From positions 3,610-67,609 of the forward strand of contig JACQIA010000066.1 of the NCBI GenBank assembly GCA_016198705.1: a stretch of DNA of 64,000 nucleotides. The letters are read 5' to 3'. Shown in pieces: positions 36,686-46,308 of this stretch. The position numbers and the translations under genes are program-made. The notes beneath the pieces were generated by a model. The model saw only the letters and a list, made by a program, of their open reading frames with translations. It searched no databases and was not told the origin of the DNA. This stretch comes from Candidatus Aenigmatarchaeota archaeon (GTDB taxonomy: Archaea > Aenigmatarchaeota > Aenigmatarchaeia > CG10238-14 > SCSR01). Within the stretch, counting starts at the first letter, position 1, and each line of letters opens with the position of its first letter.

Positions 36686-37954
36686 ATGCAATTGAATTTT
36701 TTAGGCGCCATGAATAGAGTCACGCCGTCAGGAATTCTGGTTGACACAGGCAAAACAAGATTTGTCCTTGATTATGGCGCTGATGTTGAGCACATGCCAC
36801 CAAAACCACCGATGGCTGTGGATAAAGTAGATTATATTTTGCTTTCACACGGTCATTTAGACCATTGCGGTTCACTTCCGATGCTAGTAAAGAAAAACGG
36901 CTGCCCGATAATCTCCAATGCTTGCACAAAGGAATTAACAGAATTGCTGCTTCTGGATTCTGTAAAGATAAACATGATGGAAGCTGGTGATATAGAGGAA
37001 GCTAAACTGCCGTTTGATAAACAAGACGTCAAGGTCACGGTAAAAAAGTTTGTAGATTTTAAATATAGAAAGCCTTTGTCCTTCAAGAACACGGAAATAA
37101 TTTACTATGATGCCGGTCATATACCCGGAAGCGCTATGATACTGATGAAGATTGATGGCAAAACTCTGCTGTATGATGGAAATTTCAACACTATCGATAC
37201 AAGATTGCTGGCAGGGTGCGACCAAGATTTGCCGAAAATAGACTATTTGATAACAGAATCAACCTATGCACAGCGCGAGCATCCTGATAGGAAGTCGCAA
37301 GAAAAGGAGTTAGTGCAGTTGGTGAATGAAACAATATCAAACGATGGCGTAGCTTTAATTTCCACTTTTGCCATAGGAAGAGCTCAGGAGATATTATTGA
37401 TACTTGATTCTTATGGAATAGATTATCCTTTGTATATTGATGGGATGGCAAGAAAATCCACAACAATAATCAACAAATACAAAAATTTGCTTAAAGAACC
37501 TAGGAGTTTGGATGATGCATTGAAAAAGGTCACTTATGTCAATGGAGATGGTATGAGAAGCAAGATTATAAAGCGGCCCTGCGCTATAATTACAACGTCA
37601 GGCATGCTGTCTGGAGGGACTGTAGTTCCGTATATCCAAAAATTGCATGCGGATAAAAATTCTAGTTTAATTCTCACTGGTTTTCAGGTGCCTGGTACGC
37701 CTGGGCATACGTTGTTGCAGACTGGGAGGTTTGTTCATGAAAATTCAGATTTGGAGGTTGAGATGTTTGTCAAGCGATTCGATATGAGTGCTCATGCCGG
37801 AAGAAAGGAAATTTTTTCATTTATCAAAAACATCAATCCAGAGAAGGTTTTTTGCGTGCATGGGGATGATACCAAAGGATTTGCAGAGGAATTGAAGGGA
37901 AAAGGTTTTGATGCTGTGGCGCCGACTGTAGATAATAAGATATTTAATATTTGA
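36686..37954 (+). CDS. beta-CASP ribonuclease of the metallo-beta-lactamase fold (aCPSF2/RNase J-like, no KH domains)
   Basis: HGHLDHCGSLP (HxHxDH) plus downstream D/H motifs and 422 aa size. Confidence 0.7.
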   Translation: MQLNFLGAMNRVTPSGILVDTGKTRFVLDYGADVEHMPPKPPMAVDKVDYILLSHGHLDHCGSLPMLVKKNGCPIISNACTKELTELLLLDSVKINMMEAGDIEEAKLPFDKQDVKVTVKKFVDFKYRKPLSFKNTEIIYYDAGHIPGSAMILMKIDGKTLLYDGNFNTIDTRLLAGCDQDLPKIDYLITESTYAQREHPDRKSQEKELVQLVNETISNDGVALISTFAIGRAQEILLILDSYGIDYPLYIDGMARKSTTIINKYKNLLKEPRSLDDALKKVTYVNGDGMRSKIIKRPCAIITTSGMLSGGTVVPYIQKLHADKNSSLILTGFQVPGTPGHTLLQTGRFVHENSDLEVEMFVKRFDMSAHAGRKEIFSFIKNINPEKVFCVHGDDTKGFAEELKGKGFDAVAPTVDNKIFNI

Positions 37955-37990
37955 TTATTTGGGACTTAACAAATTCTAATCTTTATTTTC

Positions 37991-38314
37991 TCAAGGTCTG
38001 TATGCCTCTCTTTCAATGCGTCTTGGATCGCCGTATTGTTCTCTTAGTAGACGTTGGTCAATGACGGCCTGTCGTCTGTCAAGGATACATTGTGCTTCAG
38101 CCATTTTCTCTCTCAAGTTTGTTATAATTGTATCTACATCGGGATTTTCTGTATAAGGGGTAAGCGAAGTAATTGCTCTATCGTATCTATCTCTTAACTC
38201 TTCCGCTCTAGTCGTGCGTATGTTTTTAGGTATTTTTACTCCCCATAGAGCCATTGCTTCAGCTAAAAGAGGTGAAGGTGGTTTCTGAAACGGACTATCC
38301 ATTGTATCGTACAT
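37991..38314 (-). CDS. hypothetical protein (107 aa)
   Basis: Intact ORF divergent from the 38429 ORF. Helical, no motif. Confidence 0.3.
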   Translation of the reverse strand: MYDTMDSPFQKPPSPLLAEAMALWGVKIPKNIRTTRAEELRDRYDRAITSLTPYTENPDVDTIITNLREKMAEAQCILDRRQAVIDQRLLREQYGDPRRIEREAYRP

Positions 38315-38428
38315 AATTACTCCTTGTTCTATTCAATCGTATAACAAATAACTAAGCTAACGCCTACCATATAAATAGATTTCGCTACTGAAGAATAGTA
38401 ATCTTTATATATAAGTAACTACTATACA

Positions 38429-38692
38429 GTGACTATGTCAATACAGGCACAAATAGCTCTATGCTCAGAGCACTATCGAAGATGGAAGGATATAGCCTTG
38501 ACTAAAGGCGATATGAAGGCTATGGAAAGGGCATTCTTCTGGCTGGAGCTGCAAACGGCGTTTATTGCATTACATGCTTTAGAGCAATCTAGAAATGACA
38601 TAAAGACCAAAAGAAAGCTTATTATTGCCAAGACAAATCTATCAAAGAAATTGGCTGAATACGCGAATGAAGTATTAAATGAATTGCGCTGA
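38429..38692 (+). CDS. hypothetical protein (87 aa)
   Basis: Intact ORF, helical, no motif. Confidence 0.3.
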   Translation: MTMSIQAQIALCSEHYRRWKDIALTKGDMKAMERAFFWLELQTAFIALHALEQSRNDIKTKRKLIIAKTNLSKKLAEYANEVLNELR

Positions 38693-38725
38693 AACTAATT
38701 AATTTGAGAACTACAATATTATTGT

Positions 38726-39940
38726 ATGTTGAAGAAAAAGGTAATTTTCCTGTTCCTTGACGGTTTGCCTGATATTCCTGTTGACGATAAAACACCCTTA
38801 AGTGAAGCAGACAAGCCAAACATAGATTGGTTTGCCAAGAACGGCGTTACCGGTGAAATTTTACTTTTGGATAAAAGCTATTGGACTGAATTGACAAGAA
38901 CAAGCGTCTCCCATACAGCCAACATAAGTCTTTTAGGCTATGATCCTAGGAAATTCCCAGTCAAACGAGGCGTTCTAGAAGCAGTAGGAGCTGATATGCA
39001 ATACAAAGAAGGCTACCTGGCGCTTAGGTGCAATTTTGCTACAGTCGACAAGGATTTGAATGTTGTTGATAGGCATGTTGGCAGAAATGTCACGGGATTG
39101 CCAGAATTGGCTAGATACATAAATGAAAATGTAGATATCAGTGTTCCGTTTGCCTTCAAACGCACTTACGAGCACAGGGCTGCATTGATGATAAAAATGA
39201 ATCTAAGCGATGAGATATCCAGCAACGATCCTATGAAGGAAAGCGAAAAAGTAAAAAGAATTTCCGCAACCAAACCTGATGCTTTAGTTTCAGCAAAAAT
39301 GGTCCAGGATTTCATCGATAAAGTTCATGGGTTGATAGAATACCATAAAGTTAACGAAGAGAGAGCAAAAAAGGGAATACCGGTAGCAAACTACATTTTG
39401 GTCAGAGAAGCTGGAAATAAACTTTTGGATTTAACGCCTCATTTCATAAATAAACACAAGATAAAAAAAGCTGCATCTATATCAGAAGCCGGTTCAATAA
39501 AAGCTACTTGTATGTTGGCGGGGTTTGATTCCATAACCGTGCCAGAAATTGTTGATTTTGGCAAGATTGACTACCGCAAGACAATGGATTTTGTTTTCGG
39601 CAATATAGAATATGCACTGCCTGATTACAATTTTGTTTTTGCTCACATCAAAGAGACGGATGTTGCAGCTCATGACAAGGATTTTGACAGGAGAGTTGAG
39701 GTTATAGAAGCTATAGACGACCATTTAGAAAAGTTCAAAGGATCTGACAACATTTTGGTTATGACTTCCGATCACATTACATCTACAGAAACTGGTAAGC
39801 ATGAATATGGAACTGTGCCAGTGATGGTTTATGGCAAAGGCAAAGACAAAAGCAAAAAATTCGATGAACTATCTGTAAAGAATGGGAAATTGAAAAATTA
39901 TACTGGCGCTAAGTTGATGAAATATATATTTGGAAGTTAA
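38726..39940 (+). CDS. apgM: 2,3-bisphosphoglycerate-independent phosphoglycerate mutase, archaeal type
   Basis: VIFLFLDGLPDIP N-terminal metal-binding motif and about 400 aa length typical of the archaeal iPGM family. Adjacent to enolase. Confidence 0.75.
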   Translation: MLKKKVIFLFLDGLPDIPVDDKTPLSEADKPNIDWFAKNGVTGEILLLDKSYWTELTRTSVSHTANISLLGYDPRKFPVKRGVLEAVGADMQYKEGYLALRCNFATVDKDLNVVDRHVGRNVTGLPELARYINENVDISVPFAFKRTYEHRAALMIKMNLSDEISSNDPMKESEKVKRISATKPDALVSAKMVQDFIDKVHGLIEYHKVNEERAKKGIPVANYILVREAGNKLLDLTPHFINKHKIKKAASISEAGSIKATCMLAGFDSITVPEIVDFGKIDYRKTMDFVFGNIEYALPDYNFVFAHIKETDVAAHDKDFDRRVEVIEAIDDHLEKFKGSDNILVMTSDHITSTETGKHEYGTVPVMVYGKGKDKSKKFDELSVKNGKLKNYTGAKLMKYIFGS

Positions 39941-39978
39941 CATAGCCTTTAATTACCCGGACAATAAATTCATTTTTA

Positions 39979-41136
39979 ATGAAAGTCAAACGTTTGAAAA
40001 TAAGGGGAGTTCTGGCAACCAATTCCCACAAGACGATAGAAGTTGAATTGCAGACCGAGAGAGGTTCTGTACGAGCATCAGTCCCTATAGGCACTAGCAG
40101 GGGGAAGTACGAAGTAAGCTATCTTCCGGTGGACAGGGCACTTCTAAAATTTGACATCATAAAACGGCATTTCACAGCCGAGCAGCTAGCCGACCAAAAA
40201 GAAGCTGACGAATTGCTGAGGATTGTAGACAAAACTCCAGATTTCAAAGAAATAGGCGGCAATCTAGCATTGGCTATTTCATCTGTGTTTCTTAAAGCAT
40301 TTGCTCTGGAAAATAATCAAGAAGTTTTCCAATTTTTATCACCAAAGCCATCAATGCCAAAACCAATTTCAATCGTAGCAGGCGGATGGAAAGGACAAAG
40401 TGATATACAGGAATTCCACTTCCTACCCGTGCACCAAAAATCTTTCTCAGATAGCATGTCGAAAATTGCTTCAGCCTACTTTGCAGTTGCTGATAAATTG
40501 AAAGAACATGACAAGAATTTTAAATTCAGCAAAAATCTAGAATCTGGCTGGTTTACAACATTGCATTATGAAAAGCTATTGGAAATATTGGCGAGAATAG
40601 CAAATGAGCATCTATTGAAAATAGGTTTGGATTTTGCCGCATCACAAATTTGGGATGGCAGAGATTATGTATATTCAGATGGGAGGAAGCTGACATCAAC
40701 GCAACAAATTGAATTGATGGAAAACTTAGCCAAGACGTATCCGATAATTTTCATAGAAGACCCGTTCCATGAAGACGACTACATCTCATTCTCAACTCTA
40801 ACACATAGATTGCAAAATAAATTGGTCTGCGGAGATGACATATTTTCTACAAATCTCCAAAGATTGAAGTATGGGATTTTGCACAACGCGACAAACGCAA
40901 TTTTAATTAAGCCAAACCAGATAGGCACGATAACAGATACAATTAAAGTAGTAGAAGAAGCTAAGCGAAATAAATTAACCACGGTGATGTCGCATCGTTC
41001 CTCTGAATGTGATGATGTGTTGGTTGCACATTTGGCTGTGGGGTTGAATTGCGATTATGTTAAGTTTGGTATATCTGGTGATAGAGTCATAAAGCTTAAT
41101 GAAATGATACGAATAGAAGAAAAGATTTCAAGTTAA
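39979..41136 (+). CDS. eno: enolase (divergent, short)
   Basis: N-terminal IRGVLATNSHKTIEVEL... and C-terminal SHRSSECDDVLVAHLAVGLNCDYVKFG (compare SHRSGETEDTFIADLAVG...IKTG). Confidence 0.7.
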   Translation: MKVKRLKIRGVLATNSHKTIEVELQTERGSVRASVPIGTSRGKYEVSYLPVDRALLKFDIIKRHFTAEQLADQKEADELLRIVDKTPDFKEIGGNLALAISSVFLKAFALENNQEVFQFLSPKPSMPKPISIVAGGWKGQSDIQEFHFLPVHQKSFSDSMSKIASAYFAVADKLKEHDKNFKFSKNLESGWFTTLHYEKLLEILARIANEHLLKIGLDFAASQIWDGRDYVYSDGRKLTSTQQIELMENLAKTYPIIFIEDPFHEDDYISFSTLTHRLQNKLVCGDDIFSTNLQRLKYGILHNATNAILIKPNQIGTITDTIKVVEEAKRNKLTTVMSHRSSECDDVLVAHLAVGLNCDYVKFGISGDRVIKLNEMIRIEEKISS

Positions 41137-41236
41137 TTGTCTTCTTCAATATGATACTTGTGATGGTACTCAACCTTACTTGGATACACTAATCAAACTG
41201 AGTTAATTTTAAGTTCAAACATTCCAAGGTAGTATT

Positions 41237-41893
41237 ATGGCAAACGACGCTTATTCTGGCATTTATGAAGTGATGTCAAAATTACCTTATTACGAGCTTA
41301 TAGTTTCACAAATTGACGAAATGTTCGTTAGACTTGTTTTGTTCACATCTGTAGTTGTCCTCTATTCAATTTTTGTCTGGCATTTTTACAGAGGTTTATC
41401 AAAGCGAGATGTATTTAATTTAAATTTGGATAGCATCACAGGAAAATTCGCAACTCTCAAAAAAATTGGCGGAGTTCTCCTTTACATAATTAAGTATACT
41501 TTTGCGTTTCCTGTCTTCACGTTTTTCTGGTTCTTTGTATTCACATTGGTTTTATTGACTTTGTCAAAAGTTCTTAGCGTGAATGAAATAATTTTTGTCT
41601 CCCTTACAATCGTTGCTACGACCAGAGCTACTGCTTACTATAATGAAGACTTATCGATTGAATTGTCCAAGATGTTGCCATTTGCAGTACTAGCTATTTT
41701 TCTCGTGGAACCTACATTTTTCTCCGCTGAACTTATTTCAGGGCGTCTGACTACTTTAATCGAAATCGGACCGGGAATATTGAGATTTTTACTTTTCACA
41801 ATAGCTTTAGAGTGGTTATTAAGGATACTTTACCAAATTTCTTTGTTTGGCAAGAAAAAAATCACAACAGAGAAATCCTATAAGAGCAGTTAA
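41237..41893 (+). CDS. membrane protein (218 aa, about 5 TM), unknown
   Basis: Hydrophobic segments; no motif. Confidence 0.35.
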   Translation: MANDAYSGIYEVMSKLPYYELIVSQIDEMFVRLVLFTSVVVLYSIFVWHFYRGLSKRDVFNLNLDSITGKFATLKKIGGVLLYIIKYTFAFPVFTFFWFFVFTLVLLTLSKVLSVNEIIFVSLTIVATTRATAYYNEDLSIELSKMLPFAVLAIFLVEPTFFSAELISGRLTTLIEIGPGILRFLLFTIALEWLLRILYQISLFGKKKITTEKSYKSS

Positions 41894-42053
41894 TTTCGTA
41901 TATTTTATAATATATTCTTTGTCATCACAACTCTTCTTGGATAATGTATCTCTACTCCCGCCTTAGTTAATTCTTTCCTGATATTTTCCAGCATCCCGCT
42001 TTGGTTACAAATTAGAAAAAAACTGTAAAATTGGTAAGCAACTTATCTTAACT

Positions 42054-42887
42054 CTATATTTCTTTAGAAATTTCCTTCAATCTTCTTATGCGCTCTTGTA
42101 CAGGTGGGTGAGTTGAGAAAAGATTTACCAAAGCATCTCCACGGAACGGATTTACAATAAACAAATGACTTGTTGCAGAATTTCCTTGCAGCGGGTAATG
42201 ACTGGCAACTTTTGATATTTTGTCCAATGCACTTGCCAATGCCAACGGTTTCTTGGAAGCTAAAGCACCTGTTTTATCCGCAGCATATTCCCTAGTTCTT
42301 GTGATAGCCAACTGTACCAAAGTAGCAGCCAATGGCGCCAAGATTATCAAAGGTAATAATATAGCACTACCACCCTGTCTCTTCTCCCCGCCAAATGCAC
42401 CCCACCAAGCCATCTGTGCAATATAAGCAATCGCCCCAGCAATAGTAGCAGCTATGGTTGAGGTTAAAGTATCTCTATTCTTTACATGACTTAACTCATG
42501 CGATATTACCCCTTCAATTTCATCCCAATTCAAATTCTTCATCAATCCAGCAGTTACAGCTACTGCGGCATGCTTAGGAGAACGACCGGTAGCAAACGCA
42601 TTGAGTATAGGAAGATTTACAAAATACAACTTAGGCTTTGGCATATTCATTTCATCTGCAAGTTTTTCTACAATATCATGCAACTTCGGCTCATCGCTCT
42701 TTGAAATAGGTTTAGCCTTATACATCGCAAGAACAATCTTGTCAGAATACCAATAGCTGATGAAATTCATAGCCAATGCTATAACAAAGAAGATTGTCAT
42801 ACCTTGAATTCCAGCCCATAAGAACCCTATGGCTAGCAGAATGCCCGTTAACAAGCCCAGCAATGCAGCAGTCCTTAAGAAGCTCAT
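42054..42887 (-). CDS. htpX: HtpX-like M48 zinc metalloprotease
   Basis: HELSHVKNRD (HExxH) after two N-terminal TM segments, plus a downstream Glu-containing helix, typical of HtpX. Confidence 0.8.
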   Translation of the reverse strand: MSFLRTAALLGLLTGILLAIGFLWAGIQGMTIFFVIALAMNFISYWYSDKIVLAMYKAKPISKSDEPKLHDIVEKLADEMNMPKPKLYFVNLPILNAFATGRSPKHAAVAVTAGLMKNLNWDEIEGVISHELSHVKNRDTLTSTIAATIAGAIAYIAQMAWWGAFGGEKRQGGSAILLPLIILAPLAATLVQLAITRTREYAADKTGALASKKPLALASALDKISKVASHYPLQGNSATSHLFIVNPFRGDALVNLFSTHPPVQERIRRLKEISKEI

Positions 42888-42964
42888 GTTACCAATCGAT
42901 TAATTATACTTTAACAGCCTTATAAAAATATCTATCTTGAATCCAATATCTTTTAAGGAAATCT

Positions 42965-43549
42965 ATGAAAAAAGGCGGATTTATAAAATTTATAAGAAGC
43001 TTTATCGGCGAATACGAATGGAAACGCAGAAATACAATACTTATCATCCTAAGTCTGATTATTTCCTACGCAATACTAACTTCACAATATACTCATAACT
43101 TAATTCTCAGCTTAGGCGATTATGGCTATTTAGGCAGTTTTATTATTGGGCTGTTTTACACATACAGCTTAACTACAATACCAGCTACTGCAGGGTTTTT
43201 CCTTTTGGGGGAAAGCCTAAGCCCGCTTTTATTGGCATTATTCGGAGCTTTAGGCTCACTTCTTGGCGACTATATAATATACCGTTTCGTGAAAGACAAT
43301 TTCACCAAAGAGATGGAAGAATTTTCACCAGGGGTAAGGAAAATTATAAAGGGCATTAAAAACTCAAGGCATTTAAGAAAATTCATGCCATTAATCGCAG
43401 GTTTTATATTCGCATCGCCATTGCCAGACGAATTGGGGGCTGCTTTGCTTGGCATAATGAAATTTCAATTCAAAAAATTCTTGCTATACTCATACTTCTT
43501 TAATTTCTTGGGCATTTTGATAATTGCAACTGTCGCTAAACTTTTGTAG
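42965..43549 (+). CDS. membrane protein (194 aa), possibly DedA/TVP38-like
   Basis: Hydrophobic with G-rich helices. Weak family impression only. Confidence 0.3.
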   Translation: MKKGGFIKFIRSFIGEYEWKRRNTILIILSLIISYAILTSQYTHNLILSLGDYGYLGSFIIGLFYTYSLTTIPATAGFFLLGESLSPLLLALFGALGSLLGDYIIYRFVKDNFTKEMEEFSPGVRKIIKGIKNSRHLRKFMPLIAGFIFASPLPDELGAALLGIMKFQFKKFLLYSYFFNFLGILIIATVAKLL

Positions 43550-43579
43550 AAATTTAAATACATAACTCAAATAATACTC

Positions 43580-44533
43580 ATGCTAAATTTGGTAGATTTA
43601 GTAGACAATCAAGAAAAAATTATAAGCGCAGACGAACTAAAAGACGCAAAACTTCATAATGTTTGGCTGGATGTGAGAGATCCTACCGATGCAGAAATAA
43701 AAGCTTTGACAGAGAAGCTTGATATATCCAAAAATCTGGTAAAGCCTACAGAATTCCCCACCTATTCATCTATACGCATGTTGGAAGATGCTGTTATTTT
43801 CTATTTTTCCAGTTTCTCCGGCGAATTTGACTTAAAAATGCTATCTTCCATCGCAATTATCTTCGCGAAAACTTTTGCGGTTACCATAAGAATGGCAGAT
43901 GTAGAAGCGTTCGATAAAGCAAAGGAAGGCTTGCATAAAGCAGAGATAGACACGCCTTCTTATGTCCTCTATGTGCTGTTGGATGAAATAATAAGAAGTT
44001 ATTTTTCGTATGTGGAGATTGTCGACGAGAGAACCTCGCAGTTGGAGGAAGCCATACTTGAAAAGCCTACAGAAGATGTGTTTAGAGAAATATTGGGGCT
44101 GAAGTCAAAATTAACTACATTTAATCGTCTACTCTGGTATGAAAGAAGCGTTCTATATGTTTTGAAGAGGTCTACCTTGCCTTTCATAACTGATACAACT
44201 AAAGCCTATCTAGATGAATTGATAGATGATTTGACCAAGCAGATAGACAGTGTTACTATCTTCAGGGAAGTTTTGTCCGATGCCACAAACTCCTATCGCG
44301 CAGCCATATCACATCAGCTTAACATCAGGATCGAAAAACTTTCGGATGTAGTTAAGATACTAACTGCTTTAACAGTGATAGTCGCAGTTCCAACTCTTAT
44401 ATTCACTTACTACGGTCAAAATTTTCCGTTGCAGGAATTCAAATCACCAGAAGTTTCGTATTTAATCACAGCAGTTACTATTCTGTTGAGTCTAGGCATG
44501 GTTTTTGTTTTCAAGAAGAAAGGATGGGTTTGA
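43580..44533 (+). CDS. corA: CorA-family divalent cation (Mg2+/Co2+) transporter
   Basis: Soluble N-domain plus two C-terminal TM helices, with YGQNF (variant of the YGMNF signature) at the end of TM1. Confidence 0.7.
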   Translation: MLNLVDLVDNQEKIISADELKDAKLHNVWLDVRDPTDAEIKALTEKLDISKNLVKPTEFPTYSSIRMLEDAVIFYFSSFSGEFDLKMLSSIAIIFAKTFAVTIRMADVEAFDKAKEGLHKAEIDTPSYVLYVLLDEIIRSYFSYVEIVDERTSQLEEAILEKPTEDVFREILGLKSKLTTFNRLLWYERSVLYVLKRSTLPFITDTTKAYLDELIDDLTKQIDSVTIFREVLSDATNSYRAAISHQLNIRIEKLSDVVKILTALTVIVAVPTLIFTYYGQNFPLQEFKSPEVSYLITAVTILLSLGMVFVFKKKGWV

Positions 44534-45139
44534 TCATCTCACAACTTCTATTTTTAGGATGCCGTCTTTGAATTCTTTATCAACATACGCGTTTGTAGGA
44601 ATGGGTATTAATTTAAAATAAACCTTATCGCCAGCAAAAGCTCTAATCTCAATGCTTTGTTCCAATTGCTTTATCTGCACATCCTCTTCTTTAACATCAG
44701 GTAAATTAATTTTTATAGTCTGCCTGTTGCCGATGCGCTGTATCTTAGTTTCAGGTTCTTCTGTAACTTTTGGAATTCTAACTTCCTTGCTGGGCTCTTC
44801 AACATCTCTTTTATATTCTTTAACCCCTAATTTGGCTTTAATTTCCGGCTCCAATCTTTTGTATTCGCCAGATGTTTTCATTTCAACTTTAGGTTGCATG
44901 CCTGTGCCAGATGTAATTGTAATGCTTACACCACCACCCCCCAAAGGAGACCTAACCCTAAATCTCGGAAATCTAAAATCCGTTTTGAATTCTTTGTCTA
45001 TTCTTCTAAATTCCTTGCCAACATCTCCAAAAATACCATCAATAGGTTTTCCCACCAAACCATCCCCACAATGGGCGCAGAAATTCCACTCTGATTTGGT
45101 CTCCTTATTGCAATTCTTGCATTTCTTTTTCCAAAACAT
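44534..45139 (-). CDS. zinc-ribbon-Hsp20 fusion (small heat shock protein-like)
   Basis: N-terminal CKNC...CAHCG ribbon. C-terminal alpha-crystallin-like segment IKINLPDVKEEDVQIK...AYVDKEFKDGILKIEV. Confidence 0.5.
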   Translation of the reverse strand: MFWKKKCKNCNKETKSEWNFCAHCGDGLVGKPIDGIFGDVGKEFRRIDKEFKTDFRFPRFRVRSPLGGGGVSITITSGTGMQPKVEMKTSGEYKRLEPEIKAKLGVKEYKRDVEEPSKEVRIPKVTEEPETKIQRIGNRQTIKINLPDVKEEDVQIKQLEQSIEIRAFAGDKVYFKLIPIPTNAYVDKEFKDGILKIEVVR

Positions 45140-45246
45140 GCTATCCCTTTGATTTCCCTATAGATATATAATCGTTTATTGAATTATTTAATCTATTCAC
45201 AAGCTTTATCCAACTGCTATTTACTATACCTATGATAATTAGAATC

Positions 45247-45435
45247 TCACGTTAACGTCTGTATCTTCTTTCCTTTCATCTCTGCTTTCCCGCCAGTTGG
45301 AACAACCAACACTTCTTCGCAATTCAGACATTTGACAACACTTGAAGCCTTGCTGAATGTAACTTGCTCATTTTTACACTTTCTGCAAAGTAATTTTATG
45401 AATTTTGATTCTGTGGTAACTGCTATTCGTTTCAT
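45247..45435 (-). CDS. rps27e: 30S ribosomal protein S27e
   Basis: 62 aa, C4 ribbon [35 protein letters not shown] typical of S27e. Confidence 0.85.
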   Translation of the reverse strand: MKRIAVTTESKFIKLLCRKCKNEQVTFSKASSVVKCLNCEEVLVVPTGGKAEMKGKKIQTLT

Positions 45436-45716
45436 GCTTTCACCAATTCAAGCTTCTTTGCCCTAAATCCTCTACCATGCATATGTTTTTTACCGCATAC
45501 AGAACACTTAAACCTCAAGTCTACCCTCTTAGTCGGTTTCTCCCTGCCCTTGGGATTTTCTTTTGGAAAACTTCCATACCCAAGCATTTTTCTTAGAAAT
45601 CTCCTTTGCCCCTGTGCCATAGTTCTTCTTGTCTTCTTCTTTGCCAGCTCTACAGTATGTTTGGTATGTTTCTTGCAAAATGGACAGTATATGTTGATTT
45701 CTTTAGGGAATTTCAT
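45432..45716 (-). CDS. rpl44e: 50S ribosomal protein L44e (eL42)
   Basis: [13 protein letters not shown]...[10 protein letters not shown] zinc motif and basic composition typical of L44e. Overlaps the rps27e start. Confidence 0.85.
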   Translation of the reverse strand: MKFPKEINIYCPFCKKHTKHTVELAKKKTRRTMAQGQRRFLRKMLGYGSFPKENPKGREKPTKRVDLRFKCSVCGKKHMHGRGFRAKKLELVKA

Positions 45717-45745
45717 CTAATCACTTTCAATTTCAACCTTTAAAT

Positions 45746-46264
45746 TTATTCTATCGCACCTTTTTCCATCAATACTTTAATATTGTCTTCAGGCAATCTC
45801 GCAGTATCCCCTTTCTTGAAGGGACCGTAAGTTTTCATGTCGCTTCCCAGAAACTCAGGAACATCTTCCTTGAAAACTACTATTTTAAGTTCCTCTTTGT
45901 TGGTTGCAACAACAGGTTGCAGGATGCTATCCCGTCTATCTTTTATTAAAGCAACTAAAGAATTATAAAATCCCTTTTCTTCTTCTGTCAAGTTTTCTGG
46001 CGAAACTTTAGTTCTTGTATTCATTATCGCCGCATTTAGGATTTTCCTCTCCCTTCTATCTCTTATATCTTCTACCAGCCTTTCCACGTTCTTTATTTCC
46101 AAAAATCCCTTCCTATCGTCACCTTCTACCACTCGTCTTTTGCTTTCCAAATACGATGCTACAGCATTAAAGAAGCTTTCAGGCAATCTCGCTAATTTAG
46201 GCAATCTTTGCTCTTCCCTTTGGATCTTTCTTATTAGTTCAAAAGTGATGGTTTCTTCTGGCAT
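45746..46264 (-). CDS. putative GINS subunit (Gins15/Sld5-like)
   Basis: 172 aa with an alpha-helical N-domain and a small beta C-domain. Immediately downstream of priS, the conserved archaeal gins15-priS neighbourhood. Confidence 0.45.
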   Translation of the reverse strand: MPEETITFELIRKIQREEQRLPKLARLPESFFNAVASYLESKRRVVEGDDRKGFLEIKNVERLVEDIRDRRERKILNAAIMNTRTKVSPENLTEEEKGFYNSLVALIKDRRDSILQPVVATNKEELKIVVFKEDVPEFLGSDMKTYGPFKKGDTARLPEDNIKVLMEKGAIE

Positions 46265-46308
46265 ATCAGTTAATATACAACAGCTAAAGCGTAAAAGGTT
46301 AACTAAAG

